Of a stretch of 64,000 bases of DNA, positions 56,741-64,000 are shown piece by piece. The notes under the pieces are model-generated. The model was given only the letters and a program-made list of their open reading frames with translations, was not told where the DNA came from and made no database searches. The DNA comes from Bacilli bacterium (GTDB lineage: Bacteria; Bacillota_I; Bacilli_A; RF39; UBA660), in assembly GCA_017398945.1 (NCBI GenBank), contig JAFQES010000008.1, positions 15,565-79,564 of the forward strand. Reading direction: 5' to 3'. The translations under genes were made by a program, and so were the position numbers. Each line of letters opens with the position of its first letter. The first letter of the stretch is position 1.

Positions 56741-57513
56741 TATTTAACCTCCTTTTTTTCTAAAAACTCTGAAGCAATTGTCATTAAAGTAACATAATCT
56801 TTATTAAATACATTTGGCATTTTAGGATCTAATGTAACAATTTTCCCTTCTAAAGTATATAGATCTAAATTTTTAATAAATAAATCACTTGATAACGTAT
56901 AATCAATATTATTTTTTAAGATATTTTTCATATCATACATCGAAAAATATTTTTTAAATGGATCCCTACTATTATTTAATAACACCTTATAATAATCTAA
57001 TCCAACATCTTTAAATACTGCTAATAAATTCCGCATATTTTTTAAATCTTGAACATCATTAGTTAGTACAAATAATATTTCATCAACTTTATCCATCATA
57101 GAAATATTAAATTCATTTAAATTATGATTAGTATCAATTAAAACAACATCATAATTATGAATAGCCTTATCTAAAACTATTTCAATAAATTTAGAATCAA
57201 TTCTTGTTGCTTGACGAGGATCTTTTGGTGCAGCTAAAAAATCTATATTTTCATTATAAATATACTTAGTAATATAATTATTAAAATCTTTATAACGATT
57301 ATTATTATAATCATCTACAAAATTATATAAACTCTTATCAAAAGGCGTGTTTAAACAAACCGCAATCGAGCCGCCTGATAAGTCAAAGTCTATTATTAAC
57401 ACTCTTTTTTCTAATTGTGCAAATATTCCAGCTAAAGATGTAGTTATAAATGTTTTTCCTACACCACCTTTAGAAGAGGAAATGCATAACGATTTACCTT
57501 TCACACTTGCCAT
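56740..57513 (-). CDS. ParA/MinD-type ATPase, CpaE/TadZ-like, without a receiver-like N-domain
   Basis: Deviant Walker A SSKGGVGKTFITTSLA and VLIDTN. Start overlaps the cpaF-side stop by 1 nt. Confidence 0.75.
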   Translation of the reverse strand: MASVKGKSLCISSSKGGVGKTFITTSLAGIFAQLEKRVLIIDFDLSGGSIAVCLNTPFDKSLYNFVDDYNNNRYKDFNNYITKYIYNENIDFLAAPKDPRQATRIDSKFIEIVLDKAIHNYDVVLIDTNHNLNEFNISMMDKVDEILFVLTNDVQDLKNMRNLLAVFKDVGLDYYKVLLNNSRDPFKKYFSMYDMKNILKNNIDYTLSSDLFIKNLDLYTLEGKIVTLDPKMPNVFNKDYVTLMTIASEFLEKKEVK

Positions 57514-57530
57514 AATTATACCCTCTATTC

Positions 57531-57899
57531 TTATTTAAAAATCACTTTATTATTCTTAATTTCCCCTGTTATGTCTATTTCTAATTCATAATTGTTAAAT
57601 CCAACTACTTTACCAAATATACTATTAATAAAATAATGATTTTTTATATTTAATTTACCTTTTTCTCTTATAATTTCTAATTCATCAGTTGGAATGTTAT
57701 TTTTTTTTAAAAGCATCTTTATTTTATCATTGTCAATTTGAGTTTTTATCAAATCATTCCTAATTATATCTTTAGTTACATTTTTTAAATGTAACTTTTC
57801 ATTTACTATCATTGAATTATCAATTATAAGAGCCGCGAGAATCATAAAAAGCGGAATTAAAAGAACAAATACAACTAACGTTTGACCTTTCTTATCCAT
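57531..57899 (-). CDS. TadE/TadG-like pseudopilin
   Basis: N-terminal KKGQTLVVFVLLIPLFMILAALIID, characteristic of Tad minor pilins. Confidence 0.65.
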   Translation of the reverse strand: MDKKGQTLVVFVLLIPLFMILAALIIDNSMIVNEKLHLKNVTKDIIRNDLIKTQIDNDKIKMLLKKNNIPTDELEIIREKGKLNIKNHYFINSIFGKVVGFNNYELEIDITGEIKNNKVIFK

Positions 57900-58248
57900 A
57901 AGGCAGCGTCCTGATTACTCTTACATTGTAAGGTTTTCCTAATATTAAATTCAAGCCTGGAGTAACTATATCTGTTTCCCGCGATATTTCAAAAATAATA
58001 TATTCATCTTTCTCATTAGTAACCTTAATTAAAGTATTCTTATTATTTTTCTTAAAATAACTTTCTACTTCCGCATAAGTTTTACCATTATTATACATCG
58101 ATATCGTTTCGTCCATTAGACTTTCTAAATCACTTTTATAATAAAAAATCTTACCAAAATCTACTAAACAAAATATCATCATAATCATAACTGGCATAAT
58201 TATAATAAATTCAACTAATGCTTGGCCCTTTTTACCAACTTTTATCAC
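57892..58248 (-). CDS. TadE-like pseudopilin
   Basis: KKGQALVEFIIIMPVMIMMIFCLVDFG: prepilin G/QALVEF processing motif plus a TadE hydrophobic segment. Confidence 0.7.
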   Translation of the reverse strand: MIKVGKKGQALVEFIIIMPVMIMMIFCLVDFGKIFYYKSDLESLMDETISMYNNGKTYAEVESYFKKNNKNTLIKVTNEKDEYIIFEISRETDIVTPGLNLILGKPYNVRVIRTLPYG

Positions 58249-58285
58249 TTTATCACCCCTACTATAGCTTTTTTATTATAGCATA

Positions 58286-58507
58286 TTATTCTTCATTTAA
58301 AAACTCTTTTGAAACACAAGTTGCTTCTCCTGGTTTGTTTCCTTCTTTGTATTCTTTATCTACTAAAGAACACGATGTTTTAGTTATTGAATCTTTTAAA
58401 AAACCTCCAAAATAATTTACTAAACCAATTACAATAACGCTTACAACAGCAATAATTAAAACATATTCGACTAACGCTTGACCGTTACGATTTAAATAAC
58501 GTTTCAT
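58286..58507 (-). CDS. flp: Flp-family type IVb prepilin, long form with a Cys-containing C-terminal tail
   Basis: MKRYLNRNG/QALVEYVLIIAVVSVIVIGLV: Flp G-x4-EY motif. AGGTGGAG SD. Confidence 0.8.
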   Translation of the reverse strand: MKRYLNRNGQALVEYVLIIAVVSVIVIGLVNYFGGFLKDSITKTSCSLVDKEYKEGNKPGEATCVSKEFLNEE

Positions 58508-58529
58508 CTACTCCACCTACTTTAATTTA

Positions 58530-58558
58530 AGTTTACTTCATCTTAATCTTTTTGTCAA
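58530..58558 (-). promoter_or_regulatory. Candidate promoter of the flp-tad operon
   Basis: Minus strand: TTGACA (58558-58553), 17 nt spacer, TAAACT (58535-58530). Confidence 0.45.
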
Positions 58559-58631
58559 TTTAATGAAAAGAAAAATCACTTTTTTGGAATATCTAAAAAT
58601 TTTTTTGATATGATTATATTAGGTGATTAAA

Positions 58632-58961
58632 ATGTATTTAACAATCGGCAAAAATAAATATAAAATTATTAAAGCTACTTCTTTTTTTAAAAGATTAATA
58701 GGATTAATAGGAAAAATCGATATTGATTACGGAATGTTATTTCCTAATTGTAATAGTATTCATACTTATTTTATGAAAGAAAATATTGATATAATTGGAT
58801 TAGATGAAAATAACGAAGTCATCTACAAATATCAAAATTTACAAAAAAATCAGATAATTCATATTAATAATCCCCAAAAGAAAACTAGCATCTTAGAATT
58901 ACCTAATAATGCCAGCAAAAAAATTAAATTAAATTCAATATTACTCTTTGAAGATGAATAA
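58632..58961 (+). CDS. DUF192-family protein, divergent from the tad operon
   Basis: A.SFFKRLIGLIG......GMLFPNCNSIHTYFM...IDIIGLD....V, which fits the DUF192 pattern. AGGTGA SD before ATG 58632. Confidence 0.65.
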   Translation: MYLTIGKNKYKIIKATSFFKRLIGLIGKIDIDYGMLFPNCNSIHTYFMKENIDIIGLDENNEVIYKYQNLQKNQIIHINNPQKKTSILELPNNASKKIKLNSILLFEDE

Positions 58962-60215
58962 ATAGTCTAAAATCTGAACTTCATCTCCCCGTTGGGCCCC
59001 TAAACGCTCTAATTCTTCTTCAATACCCATTCCTTTTAATTTACGAGCAAATCTTCGAATGCCTTCATCTTCCGTAAATTTAGTCATTTTAAATAGTTTT
59101 TCGACTTCATCGCCCTTAATAATCCATATACCATCTTCATTAGTAATTGTATACGGTTTTTCATTTTTAAATTTATAAATCACATGACTCTCTAATTGTT
59201 CATCGTTATATAACTCTTCTTGTTCAGTTTGGGCAATAATATCTGCTAACCGAAGCAACAATTTATCTAACCCTTGATGAGTAACTGCACTAATTTCAAA
59301 TACTTCAATATTTGGATATTGCTCTTTAAATTTAGCTAAATTATTTTGAGCATCCGGTAAATCCATTTTATTAGCAATTACAACTTGTTTCTTATTCGCT
59401 AATTTATCACTGTATTTTTTTATTTCGTTATTAATAATTTCAAAATCATTAATTGGATCTCTACCTTCAAACGATCCCATATCAAGTACATGCGCTAAAA
59501 TTTTAGTTCGCATAGCATGACGTAAAAATTTATGTCCTAAACCTGCACCATCACTAGCATTTTCGATTAACCCAGGTAAATCAGCTATTGTATAATTTCT
59601 GTTATCACTCAATTTTACAACTCCTAAATTGGGACTTAATGTTGTAAAGTGATATGCTCCTATTTTCGGCTTAGAAGAGCTAACTACAGAAAGCAAGGTG
59701 CTTTTTCCGACACTTGGCATTCCAATTAATCCTACTTCTGCTAAAACTTTTAGTTCGCATTTAATTAATCTTTCTTCACCAGGCTCACCATATTCACTCA
59801 ATTTAGGAGCCGGTTCATTTTGGGTAGCAAACGCTTTATTTCCTCGGCCCCCGCGACCACCTTTAGCAACAATAACTTTATCATCAGGATTAACTAGGTC
59901 AGCAATAACTAAATTAGTATCTAAATCAATTACTGTTGTACCTTGAGGAACTTTTATTATGACATCATCAGCCATCGCCCCAGTTCTGTTAGAACCTTTA
60001 CCATTTGTTCCCTTATCACCTTTAATAATTTTATGATATTTTAAATCAATTAAAGTTTTTAAGCCAGCGTCAACAATAAATACTATATCAGCACCTTTTC
60101 CTCCAGAACCACCATCAGGGCCTCCCATTGGCACGCATTTTTCTCTTCTAAAAGATGTGCATCCATCTCCACCTTTCCCTGCTTCAACCTTTATTGTAAC
60201 TTCATCTATAAACAT
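58941..60215 (-). CDS. obg: GTPase Obg/CgtA
   Basis: MFIDEV.I.V.AGKGGDG..SFRREK..P.GGPDGG.GG.G, G1 GMPSVGKSTLLS, DLPGLIE.AS.G.GLG..FLRH, NKMD, C-terminal OCT domain. Confidence 0.94.
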   Translation of the reverse strand: MFIDEVTIKVEAGKGGDGCTSFRREKCVPMGGPDGGSGGKGADIVFIVDAGLKTLIDLKYHKIIKGDKGTNGKGSNRTGAMADDVIIKVPQGTTVIDLDTNLVIADLVNPDDKVIVAKGGRGGRGNKAFATQNEPAPKLSEYGEPGEERLIKCELKVLAEVGLIGMPSVGKSTLLSVVSSSKPKIGAYHFTTLSPNLGVVKLSDNRNYTIADLPGLIENASDGAGLGHKFLRHAMRTKILAHVLDMGSFEGRDPINDFEIINNEIKKYSDKLANKKQVVIANKMDLPDAQNNLAKFKEQYPNIEVFEISAVTHQGLDKLLLRLADIIAQTEQEELYNDEQLESHVIYKFKNEKPYTITNEDGIWIIKGDEVEKLFKMTKFTEDEGIRRFARKLKGMGIEEELERLGAQRGDEVQILDYLFIFKE

Positions 60216-60318
60216 AATTTCACCTCTTTTTAACAACATTATTATCATACCACACTTTGTTTAAAATAAAAATAATTCATTAAAAAAAAGATTCTTATTA
60301 TGAATCTCGTTTTATTTC

Positions 60319-61287
60319 TTATAATATTTGTAAATCTTGAAGTTCTCTTTCCGTTTTTTCTTCCCAACTAGAAGCTTGCACCTCTGCTATATGTCTACAT
60401 CCCAGAATTAACATCAAAACTCTTGATTGACCAATACCACCACCAATTGTGTATGGTAATTCTTTATTAATAATTTTTTGATGATATGGTAATATTAATC
60501 TATCCATTGCATCAGCTTTTTCTAATTGAGCTAATAATGATTTTTCATCAACTCGAATTCCCATAGATGAGATTTCAACTGCTTTATCAATAATTTCATC
60601 ATATATTAATAAATCTCCATTCAACTCCCAGTCATCATAATCAGGACTTCGTAAATCATGAGGAATACCAGATTGTAATTTTTCTCCTACCCCAATTATA
60701 AAAACGGCTTTCTTATTTTTACAAATAATATCTTCACGTTCTTTTGGGGTTTTATCAGGATATATATCTTCTAATTCCTGACTATCAATAAAATAAACAT
60801 CAGAAGGTAAATCTATATACGAAAAACCATATTTTTCTTTAATTAAACTTACTGTTTCTTTTAAAGCATCATATATAGCTCTTATTGTTTCTTTTAAATA
60901 ATCTATTGTTCGGTCTTCTTTTAGTATAACTTTTTCCCAATCCCATTGTTCAACATACAAAGAGTGTAAAGCATCTACAACTTCATCTTTTCTGATTGCT
61001 TTCATGTCCGTATACAAACCACGATTAATTGGAAACGCATATTTTCCTAATGCTTCTCTTTTCCATTTTGCTAACGAATGAACTATTTCAAATGACTCAT
61101 CGCCTTTTGTAAAGCCAACAGCTTTTTCTACCCCTGTTAAACCATCCTGTAATCCAGAAGAAGTTTTAACAAACAACGGGCTTCCTACTTTTATTAAACT
61201 TAACTTTGCTTCAATTTTTTCTTCAAAACATTTTTTTATTTCAGCAATTAATTTTATTTTTTCTAAATAACTTATATCTTTTTTCAT
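60319..61287 (-). CDS. asnA: Aspartate--ammonia ligase (asparagine synthetase A)
   Basis: L.L..V..PLFV...SGLQD.L.G.EK.V.F, VHSLAKWKR, RKDE..D..HS.YV.QWDWE, GIGQSR..M. Start taken at M25 (MKKDISY). Confidence 0.88.
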   Translation of the reverse strand: MKKDISYLEKIKLIAEIKKCFEEKIEAKLSLIKVGSPLFVKTSSGLQDGLTGVEKAVGFTKGDESFEIVHSLAKWKREALGKYAFPINRGLYTDMKAIRKDEVVDALHSLYVEQWDWEKVILKEDRTIDYLKETIRAIYDALKETVSLIKEKYGFSYIDLPSDVYFIDSQELEDIYPDKTPKEREDIICKNKKAVFIIGVGEKLQSGIPHDLRSPDYDDWELNGDLLIYDEIIDKAVEISSMGIRVDEKSLLAQLEKADAMDRLILPYHQKIINKELPYTIGGGIGQSRVLMLILGCRHIAEVQASSWEEKTERELQDLQIL

Positions 61288-61390
61288 TATAATCCTTCTT
61301 TCTCTTAATTTTAATTTACGTATAAAACGTCTCTTAATTTTATGAAACATCACAAACAATTATTATCTTCTTTCAAAAAATCACACCCTT

Positions 61391-61669
61391 AAAAAAACCC
61401 GTTTCATCCCAAACATAAGGACGAATACGGGTATTTCGCGGTGCCACCTTAATTTATTACTAAAGGTTATTATACCTTTTATTTTAGTAATCTCTTTTGC
61501 TCTATTAAGCATTAGCAATATGATAACGGTTTGCATCCGAACTAGTCTACTAAGATAATTCCTTTCGGCAGTTTGCTCTAAGGTGTTCTTTCACAATATC
61601 CCTATAATCAGTTCACACTATACCTGATTCACTCGTATAAGCAATAAGGTTACTTTTCCTCTTCATCGC
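61391..61669 (-). promoter_or_regulatory. T-box riboswitch leader (Asn specifier) controlling asnA
   Basis: Minus strand: GCGATGAAGAGG...AGTA stem-I base. GAA-AG-AAC-A specifier context (AAC = plus 61585-61587). T-box core AAGGTGGCACCGCG (61450-61437). Terminator ACCCGTATTCGTCC...GGATGAAACGGGTTTTTTT (61433-61391). Confidence 0.85.
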
Positions 61670-61675
61670 AAAAAC

Positions 61676-61704
61676 AATATAGCATAAATAATTTTTTTTG
61701 TCAA
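61676..61704 (-). promoter_or_regulatory. Sigma-A promoter of the asnA T-box leader
   Basis: Minus strand: TTGACA (61704-61699), 17 nt spacer, TATATT (61681-61676). Confidence 0.6.
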
Positions 61705-61724
61705 ACTTAACCTACTTAATGAAA

Positions 61725-63191
61725 CTATTTACCAATATATTGCTTAATCTTTTTTCTAGCATAGGATGTTTGAGCATAAGAAAGCCATTCTTCTGAACAT
61801 GTAGTATTATCGTCTTCTACTATAACTGTAACTCGATCATCATTTTGCAATCTTTCAAACTTGTTTGCTTCAATACCATTAATTAATACTCGATCCATTT
61901 TAGCCCCAATATCACTATGAATTTTAAAAGCGAAATCTATTGCTGTAGCATCTACTGGTAATTCGACTATATATCCATTAGGAGTCTTAACATAAATATT
62001 ATTTGCCAATAATTCATCTTTTACTTTTGAAGCAAAATCTTTTGTCCCATCATTTGCCTCTCTAAGTTTTAATAGTTCCTCGTAGAACTGTAATGATTGG
62101 AATTTATCTTGCATTATTTGACTTGCTTTTCCAGGTTCTAAAATCCAATAAGCAGATAAGCCATAAGAAGCAATTGTTGCCATATCAAAAGTTTTAGGTT
62201 GGAACTGAATCAAGTGGCCAAAGGATGAATTTACGGTCGTATGAATAGATTGATACATATTAGTTTTAGGATTAAAAATAAAATCTTTAAAATATTTATT
62301 TTCCGGTTTATAACACATATGAACAGCCATTAAAGCTTTATAACACTCCTCTATTTTTTTTACCAACACATTAATAACCATTATGTCATGAATCTCATCA
62401 AACTCAATTCCCTTTGCTAATTTCAAATGAATACCAAAAATATCTTTGAATTTTATACGCAGCTGACTATCTACTCCTAGATTAAAAAGTTTATTTTGCA
62501 CTGTTATTTTCATCGCATCTAAGTCGTTAAAATGAGTTTCCTTTAAAAACTCTCTTTTTTGATAAATATCATTGTATTCGGAAGGTTTTAAATATTTAAA
62601 AGATAAATCCTGCAATTCCTTCATGATTCGGTAAGCCCCAATTTTTCCCGCTATTCTTGAATATATTTCTAAAGTTTCTAAAGCCTTTTCTTTTTGTTTA
62701 AATGAATTTTTATAATTTAGCGTTCTCATATTATGTAATCGATCCGCTAACTTTATAATAAGAATTCTAATATCCACCAAACAACTTTTTAATAATTTTT
62801 CTTCATTAGCAGCTTTTTCTTCTTCTTTTGAAGTAAAAGAAATATTATCTATTTTAGTTACACCTTGAACCAAGGTTAAAACAGTTTGACCAAAAAGCTT
62901 TAAAATTTCTTCTTCTAAAGCAGACGTATCTTCTAAAACATCATGTAACAAAGCTGCACAAATTGTATTACTATCGGCATGCATCTGCGCCAAAATTAAG
63001 GCAACATTTAAAGGATGAGTTATAAAAGGCTCTCCACTATTACGTTTTTGGCCAAAATGATATCCATTTGCATAATTATATGCTTTTATAATACGTTCTT
63101 CATCAATAGGCATATAACTATTTGTTTTATCAATCAATTGTTTTAATAATTCTGCTCCTACAATATCGTAGCTATTTACATTACAATTCAT
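61725..63191 (-). CDS. Second long RelA/SpoT homologue: intact HD hydrolase, degenerate synthetase, TGS domain, C-terminally truncated (SpoT-like, hydrolase-only)
   Basis: Hydrolase motifs are intact: GQKRNSGEPFITHPLNVALILA, LLHDVLEDT, LADRLHNMRT. The synthetase positions are altered: DIMVINVLV (Arg lost), DFIFNPKTNMYQSIHTT, and IQFQPKT in place of EVQ(I/L)RT, with YW.ILE in place of HW.YKE. TGS: IYVKTPNGYIVELPVDATAIDFAFKIHS. Ends shortly after the TGS domain (488 aa). Confidence 0.85.
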   Translation of the reverse strand: MNCNVNSYDIVGAELLKQLIDKTNSYMPIDEERIIKAYNYANGYHFGQKRNSGEPFITHPLNVALILAQMHADSNTICAALLHDVLEDTSALEEEILKLFGQTVLTLVQGVTKIDNISFTSKEEEKAANEEKLLKSCLVDIRILIIKLADRLHNMRTLNYKNSFKQKEKALETLEIYSRIAGKIGAYRIMKELQDLSFKYLKPSEYNDIYQKREFLKETHFNDLDAMKITVQNKLFNLGVDSQLRIKFKDIFGIHLKLAKGIEFDEIHDIMVINVLVKKIEECYKALMAVHMCYKPENKYFKDFIFNPKTNMYQSIHTTVNSSFGHLIQFQPKTFDMATIASYGLSAYWILEPGKASQIMQDKFQSLQFYEELLKLREANDGTKDFASKVKDELLANNIYVKTPNGYIVELPVDATAIDFAFKIHSDIGAKMDRVLINGIEANKFERLQNDDRVTVIVEDDNTTCSEEWLSYAQTSYARKKIKQYIGK

Positions 63192-63264
63192 CCCAAACCA
63201 CCACTTTTTATTTAATTAACTATATAATAATACGTTTTAAAAAAAAACACAAATAAAAAAGCGC

Positions 63265-63549
63265 TTAGTTTTCGTAAACGCTTACTTTCTTCTTATCTCT
63301 TCCTAATCTTTCAAAACGAACTGTTCCACTAACTTTAGCAAATAATGTATGATCTTTGCCCATTCCAACATTAGTTCCTGGGTAAATTTTAGTACCTCTT
63401 TGACGATATATAATAGAACCAGCAGTAACTACTTGACCATCGCTTGCTTTAGCACCTAAACGACGTCCACGAGAGTCACGACCATTATCGGTTGAAGATT
63501 GACCTTTTTTATGAGCGAATAATTGAATATTCAAAATCATAAATTTCAT
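63265..63549 (-). CDS. rpmA: 50S ribosomal protein L27 with a cleavable N-terminal extension
   Basis: [55 protein letters not shown]. Confidence 0.95.
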   Translation of the reverse strand: MKFMILNIQLFAHKKGQSSTDNGRDSRGRRLGAKASDGQVVTAGSIIYRQRGTKIYPGTNVGMGKDHTLFAKVSGTVRFERLGRDKKKVSVYEN

Positions 63550-63552
63550 GTT

Positions 63553-63846
63553 TCATCCTCCTATAATTTTTATATTTTCTTCGTATTGACTTGCTAAATC
63601 TTTTAACATGTCTAACATATTTTTTATTATTGTTAATGTTATTTTATCTTTTTTTAAAACTTCAATTTCTAAACCATCTTTATTTTCTTGATAACTAATC
63701 GCATCTTTATCAAATTGTAATACACAATTAATTGAAGATATTATAATTGATGATGCACTAGCACAAACAATATCTTTACCATAATCATCATATAAAGCAT
63801 GGCCAGTAATTATAATTTTATCATTCTTAACATTTACTTTAATCAT
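63553..63846 (-). CDS. prp: Ribosomal-processing cysteine protease Prp
   Basis: 97 aa between rplU and rpmA. Motifs GHA......G.DIVCASASS. Confidence 0.88.
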   Translation of the reverse strand: MIKVNVKNDKIIITGHALYDDYGKDIVCASASSIIISSINCVLQFDKDAISYQENKDGLEIEVLKKDKITLTIIKNMLDMLKDLASQYEENIKIIGG

Positions 63847-63848
63847 AA

Positions 63849-64000
63849 TTATTTAACAATTTTCTTAACAACTAATTTAGTATATGGTTGTCTATGTCCT
63901 TTTTTATTACGATATTTTTTCTTTGGATGATATTTAAAAACAACTACTTTTTTGTTTTTACCATGTTTTTCAACATCACAAACAACTTTTGCTCCACTAA
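63849..64000 (-). CDS. rplU: 50S ribosomal protein L21, 3' part only (the gene runs off the window)
   Basis: The minus-strand frame ends ...[16 protein letters not shown]-stop (stop = 63849-63851). Conserved rplU-prp-rpmA order. Confidence 0.85.
   Translation of the reverse strand, partial: SGAKVVCDVEKHGKNKKVVVFKYHPKKKYRNKKGHRQPYTKLVVKKIVK

Noticed and set aside
5054-59946. Other short track ORFs nested or antisense within longer genes: 5054-5302, 6408-6623, 7867-8058, 8264-8449, 13702-13899, 13918-14142, 15333-15584, 15713-15973, 16209-16394, 17403-17699, 19282-19479, 20499-20711, 21903-22136, 36886-37068, 41369-41668, 49064-49252, 50454-50639, 51498-51698, 51750-51944, 53880-54095, 54419-54724, 55599-55919, 57347-57538, 58218-58415, 59698-59946
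   Set aside because: Each lies inside, or antisense to, a well-supported longer gene. None has a convincing SD, and all have the low-complexity composition expected from alternative frames of AT-rich coding DNA.

Overview
Strongly AT-rich, low-GC Firmicute (Bacilli/Erysipelotrichia-like) chromosomal segment that uses the standard genetic code: TGA acts as a stop and the long ORFs are intact. The backbone is housekeeping and follows Bacillus subtilis gene order in three blocks. Block 1 is queA-tgt ... spoVB-like-comN-like ... relA-dtd-[T-box]hisS-aspS-(asnS-gatCAB)-[6S-like RNA]-tcdA-rarA ... mnmA. Block 2 is trmK-sigA-dnaG. Block 3 is rplU-prp-rpmA ... obg. The window also holds uvrC, an M16 peptidase pair, a dGTPase, a SigK-like pro-sigma factor, divIVA/sepF, LemA/DUF2207/RNHCP, and a complete monoderm Tad/Flp pilus locus. 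I found no rRNA, tRNA, CRISPR array, transposase or phage integrase, apart from a XerD-type recombinase in a housekeeping context. The interesting material sits at breaks in the conserved order. (1) A self-promoted antisense cassette of two paralogous genes splits queA from tgt. (2) A translationally coupled 609-aa protein plus a CxxCxxCC (YkgJ-like) protein lies between dtd and the hisS T-box. (3) After gatB comes a four-gene island: an unknown 156-aa protein, a SUKH/SMI1-KNR4 immunity-like protein, a HerA/DUF87 HAS-barrel ATPase, and a coupled membrane-anchored WG-repeat-like protein with no nuclease partner. (4) A type-I toxin-antitoxin-like locus sits upstream of zupT: a 29-aa hydrophobic peptide, a 26-bp 5'/3' long-range helix, and a convergent antisense promoter and terminator. 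It is bracketed by a 33-bp direct repeat. (5) Two long RelA/SpoT homologues carry reciprocal degeneration: one has a dead hydrolase, the other a dead synthetase and sits in the spo0B slot next to obg. Other notable items are a thioester-domain (TQxxIW) sortase-anchored adhesin, an isolated RnfC/RnfD-like pair, an orphan PilC/PilD pair, and an unannotated 51-aa Asn/Ser/Arg-rich basic protein. All functional calls come from motif recognition by eye. No database search was run.
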